The notes under the pieces were generated by a model. It made no database searches, was not told where the DNA came from, and saw only the letters and a list, made by a program, of their open reading frames with translations. From contig JBEKUZ010000015.1 of NCBI GenBank assembly GCA_049514515.1, forward strand, positions 2,606 to 66,605: 64,000 nucleotides of DNA, read 5' to 3'. A program made the translations under genes and the position numbers. Shown in pieces: positions 61,099 through 64,000 of this stretch. Source of the stretch: Thermodesulfobacteriota bacterium. GTDB lineage: Bacteria; Desulfobacterota; BSN033; UBA1163. Within the stretch, counting starts at the first letter, position 1, and every line of letters begins with the position of its first letter.

Positions 61099-61665
61099 CC
61101 GGAGGCTCAGAATTCAATGGGCGAGATCACTCTTGTCCAAAATAGGATTCTCAACGCAGAGACGCAAAGGACGCAGAGAAACCAATTTTCTATTTGGCGG
61201 TGAGCCTCTCGACAAGCTCAAGGCCCTGAGCAAAGCCGAAGGGAGGCCGCAAAATAAAAAGGCTTCTGTTACTCTGGGATAGGGCCCTTAATAGTTTGTA
61301 TAGCCTTCAAAGATTCCCGGTTTTATGGTCGAAGGGGAGCGTTTCTGATCCAACCTGCCTTCGCCGAAGCGGCTTCGCGCAGGCAGGTCGCCGTCTCCCG
61401 ATTGGGTCAGAAGAAAGATCTTTCTCAGCGACCTCCGCGACTCTGCGGTAAACCTGATTTCACCACATTCAACCGTTCTTGCACAGCAGTAAGGCGAGAT
61501 ACTGGAAGAATGTGTCGGGAATCTTGAGCTTACTGGTGTGGAGTTTTTGACTTTAGATTCCGCAATCCGCAATCCGGAATGGTAATCACCCTGGCAGAGA
61601 AGTTGGGGTTCAATGTAGAGAGATATCCGAAAATAACTGGTCCAAATAATTCAGCAGGCCAATCA
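61099..61665 (+). pseudogene. Diverged duplicate of the 3' end of the GH57/DUF3536 gene, interrupted by insertions
   Basis: Segments 61100-61127, 61493-61527 and about 61584-61664 match 54430-54614. Confidence 0.8.
61128..61492. mobile_element. Non-autonomous insertion (MITE-like) with 8-bp target duplication, packed with REP-like palindromes
   Basis: GGCGAGAT at 61120-61127 and 61493-61500; weak TIR; internal ACGCAGAG/CTCTGCGG, CGACAAGCTCA/TGAGCAAAGCCG and CCTGC...GCAGG hairpins. Confidence 0.65.
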
Positions 61666-61821
61666 CGCTTTCTGCAAACGCATTAACACAAAATGTAACG
61701 ATTGAAGAATTGCCCGCCTTGCTCTGTGGTTTACATTTCTCCCTGTGAGTAAAGTGTATAATGTAGCTTTGACCCAGGTCCCCCCCTACAAAGGCACCCT
61801 TTCAAAGGAATCTGTCTCCCC

Positions 61822-61850
61822 TTGTAAAAAAGAAATTCTTATGCTACGTT
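61822..61850 (+). promoter_or_regulatory. Sigma70-type promoter for the retron transcript
   Basis: TTGTAA-N17-TACGTT with extended -10 TG; predicted +1 falls at the 5' inverted-repeat arm. Confidence 0.5.
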
Positions 61851-61857
61851 ACAACAT

Positions 61858-62008
61858 GAGGCACCTGTACCAATTGATTTTTGTCGCTGATCCAGCGGCG
61901 ATTGCTGCAAAGGTTAGCCTTATTTGCCCCTTCGCGATTTATTGCTTGCGCTATTGATCGCGACTGACATGCGCTTGGGATAAGCAGAATTGAAATTGCA
62001 GGTGCCTT
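61858..62008 (+). ncRNA. Retron msr-msd ncRNA
   Basis: a1/a2-type arms AGGCACCTGTA (61859-61869) and TGCAGGTGCCT (61997-62007) enclose four hairpins, directly upstream of the RT. Confidence 0.75.
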
Positions 62009-62054
62009 GCCTCCCTTGTCTGCTTTCACCATATCGTATTTTAATGGTACTCAG

Positions 62055-63581
62055 GTGAGTGTTACTTTATCAGATGATGGAGCTCAGCTAAAGAGTAAAT
62101 TTCTTTCTCTTAAGACTCCCCAAGATATCGCGACCCTACTGGATGTTCCTTATAATCGTCTGATTTACCACCTTTACAGAAAACCTCCTGCAGATCGATA
62201 CACAACCTTTACAATTGGAAAAAATAACGGCGAACTTCGGACCATATTAGCCCCAATTTCTTCTTTAAAGATCATCCAGAGGAAATTAAAGCAGGTATTA
62301 GAAAATGCTTACACACCTAAGCCCTCCGTTCACGGCTTTGTATTAACCAAGAGTATACTAAGCAATGCGAGAATGCACACGAAACAGAGATACGTATTTA
62401 ATGTTGATCTCAAAGACTTTTTCCCTACGATAAATTTTGGTCGAGTCAGGGGCATGTTTATGGGTTTCCCTTATAAACTCCCTAAGAATGTTGCCACTGT
62501 ACTGGCTCAAATTTGTTGCTTCAATAACCAACTTCCACAAGGGGCCCCCACATCACCAATTGTTTCGAATATGATCTGTGCCCATCTTGATAGTGACTTA
62601 CAGCGTCTTGCAAAAACTAACAAATCCATTTACACAAGATATGCAGACGACATCGCTTTCTCAACTTCAACAAGATCCTTCCCTCCATCGATAGCCACCA
62701 TTGATAAGCTTGGTCAAGTGCAAGTTGGCAGAAAGTTAAACACGATCATCGTGAACAATGGTTTCGAAATTAAGCCAAACAAAGTTTGGTTACGGCAGAA
62801 AGACCGAAGACAGTTAGTGACAGGCCTGGTGGTCAATCAATTTCCTAACGTCCGCAGAAAATACACCAATCAAATTCGGGCAATGCTATACGCTTACTCC
62901 AAATTCGGACTCAAAGCAGCAAATGAAGAGTTTTTAAAATCATATGACCAAAAACACAGAGGGCCAACCAAAAATGCTCCGCGCTTTCAACTTGTCCTCA
63001 AGGGAAAACTTGACTTTCTTTCCATGATCAGAGGCAAAGACGATCCGCTTTACCTCCGTCTCGTTAATCAATTAAAATCAATAGGCCTCCTAGAGCGATT
63101 TGATTCACTTATAAGGTCAACAGACCATCAAGCGCGTGGTTATGAAGTGCAGAGTTTACTCAAGGAGGTGTTCGAAGTCTATGCGATTCCTGTGACGGGA
63201 AGCTTTACTCGAAATAAAGGCGCAGAGCAGATCGACGGCGCCTTTGAATTTGATGGCTGGCACTATATAGTCGAATGTCGCTGGCGCCAAGAAATTGCTA
63301 ATGTTCGAGAACTTGACGGTTTACATGGTCAAGTCTGTCGCGCAGGCAAACAAACCATGGGGCTCTTTTTGTCCATCAATGGATGGTCAAAGAATGTCCC
63401 CGAATTACTTAAACAAAATCCAGAAAAAGCAATACTGTTAATGGACGGCGAAGACTTATATATAGTACTTTCCGCTATAGTAACGCTTCCCAATCTTCTA
63501 AGAGCTAAGCTTGCCAGACTAAATCTCTATGCAGAACCCTTCTACTCTGCCAAAGAACTCATCTTGAAGGAGGGGTCGTAG
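62055..63581 (+). CDS. Retron reverse transcriptase fused to a C-terminal PD-(D/E)xK (Mrr-like) endonuclease domain
   Basis: NARMH, DLKDFF, LPQGAPTSP, YADD, VTG; C-terminal RGY..E...QIDG...IVECRW...GLFLS; GTG 62055 preferred because 62007 overlaps the ncRNA arm. Confidence 0.88.
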   Translation: MSVTLSDDGAQLKSKFLSLKTPQDIATLLDVPYNRLIYHLYRKPPADRYTTFTIGKNNGELRTILAPISSLKIIQRKLKQVLENAYTPKPSVHGFVLTKSILSNARMHTKQRYVFNVDLKDFFPTINFGRVRGMFMGFPYKLPKNVATVLAQICCFNNQLPQGAPTSPIVSNMICAHLDSDLQRLAKTNKSIYTRYADDIAFSTSTRSFPPSIATIDKLGQVQVGRKLNTIIVNNGFEIKPNKVWLRQKDRRQLVTGLVVNQFPNVRRKYTNQIRAMLYAYSKFGLKAANEEFLKSYDQKHRGPTKNAPRFQLVLKGKLDFLSMIRGKDDPLYLRLVNQLKSIGLLERFDSLIRSTDHQARGYEVQSLLKEVFEVYAIPVTGSFTRNKGAEQIDGAFEFDGWHYIVECRWRQEIANVRELDGLHGQVCRAGKQTMGLFLSINGWSKNVPELLKQNPEKAILLMDGEDLYIVLSAIVTLPNLLRAKLARLNLYAEPFYSAKELILKEGS

Positions 63582-64000
63582 GTTCCAAAACAACTTCACA
63601 CTTGAGGGAGAGGCAATGGAAGAATCGGAGTTGCGGTCGGGCATACAGAAGAAAAAAATGGAGACAGATTCGCCACTTCTTGAGTATTAGAGGGCTGGCT
63701 GTGGTGATCATTAGGAATGCTACAACATAATTTGTGAAAGACAGGATTTGACCTTACAGGCACTGTCAAGTTTTGCGTTGACTTCTTCCTGAACTCATCT
63801 TTTTTGGATTTCCCACCACGATCCAACACTTCAAATAGAAATCAACAAAATTCCATCGGCTTTTTGGCCACCAAAATTTTTACACGATTTGACACTTGCT
63901 TGTACAAAGCGCAGTACGATAAAAAATTCTTTTCACAACGTCAGGTAACGTCAAGTGTTTTGTGTCAGCAAGAGAAATGGGGTATTTGTTCCCTGTTTCA

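Noticed and set aside
62055-63581. Group II intron or DGR reverse transcriptase
   Set aside because: It has the retron NAxxH and VTG motifs; no maturase domain, intron domain V, TR/VR pair or avd gene is seen.

Overview
Bacterial window, probably from an anaerobic deltaproteobacterium-like (Desulfobacterota-type) genome; this is inferred from gene content only. It has three parts. (1) 1-36.3 kb is a catabolic island, nearly all on the + strand, ending at a truncated tyrosine integrase that abuts the 3' end of tRNA-Leu(CAA). It carries a phloroglucinol-degradation-like set (cyclase, cupin, SDR, 3-hydroxyacyl dehydrogenase, BKACE), a YCF48/MMPL/DUF1302/DUF1329 envelope module, duplicated CoA ligases and AprA/SdhA-like flavoproteins, an OYE, and an XDH-family Mo enzyme. 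It also carries a glycyl-radical-enzyme homologue whose radical Gly is replaced by Thr, next to its activase. (2) 36.5-54.6 kb is mostly core genes (DUF1015, AAA ATPase, lgt, fumC, aconitase, citrate synthase, sdhAB, GH57/DUF3536), with a RES-Xre toxin-antitoxin pair and nested REP/MITE elements. (3) 54.6-64 kb is an accessory hotspot. It holds three copies of a ~73-bp repeat, a duplicated GH57 gene end, a candidate sigma54-dependent sRNA, and an IS110 whose bridge-RNA guides can be read against its own ends. It ends with a retron (msr-msd plus RT) whose RT is fused to a PD-(D/E)xK restriction-endonuclease-like domain. All family assignments come from motif recognition by eye; no database search was run.
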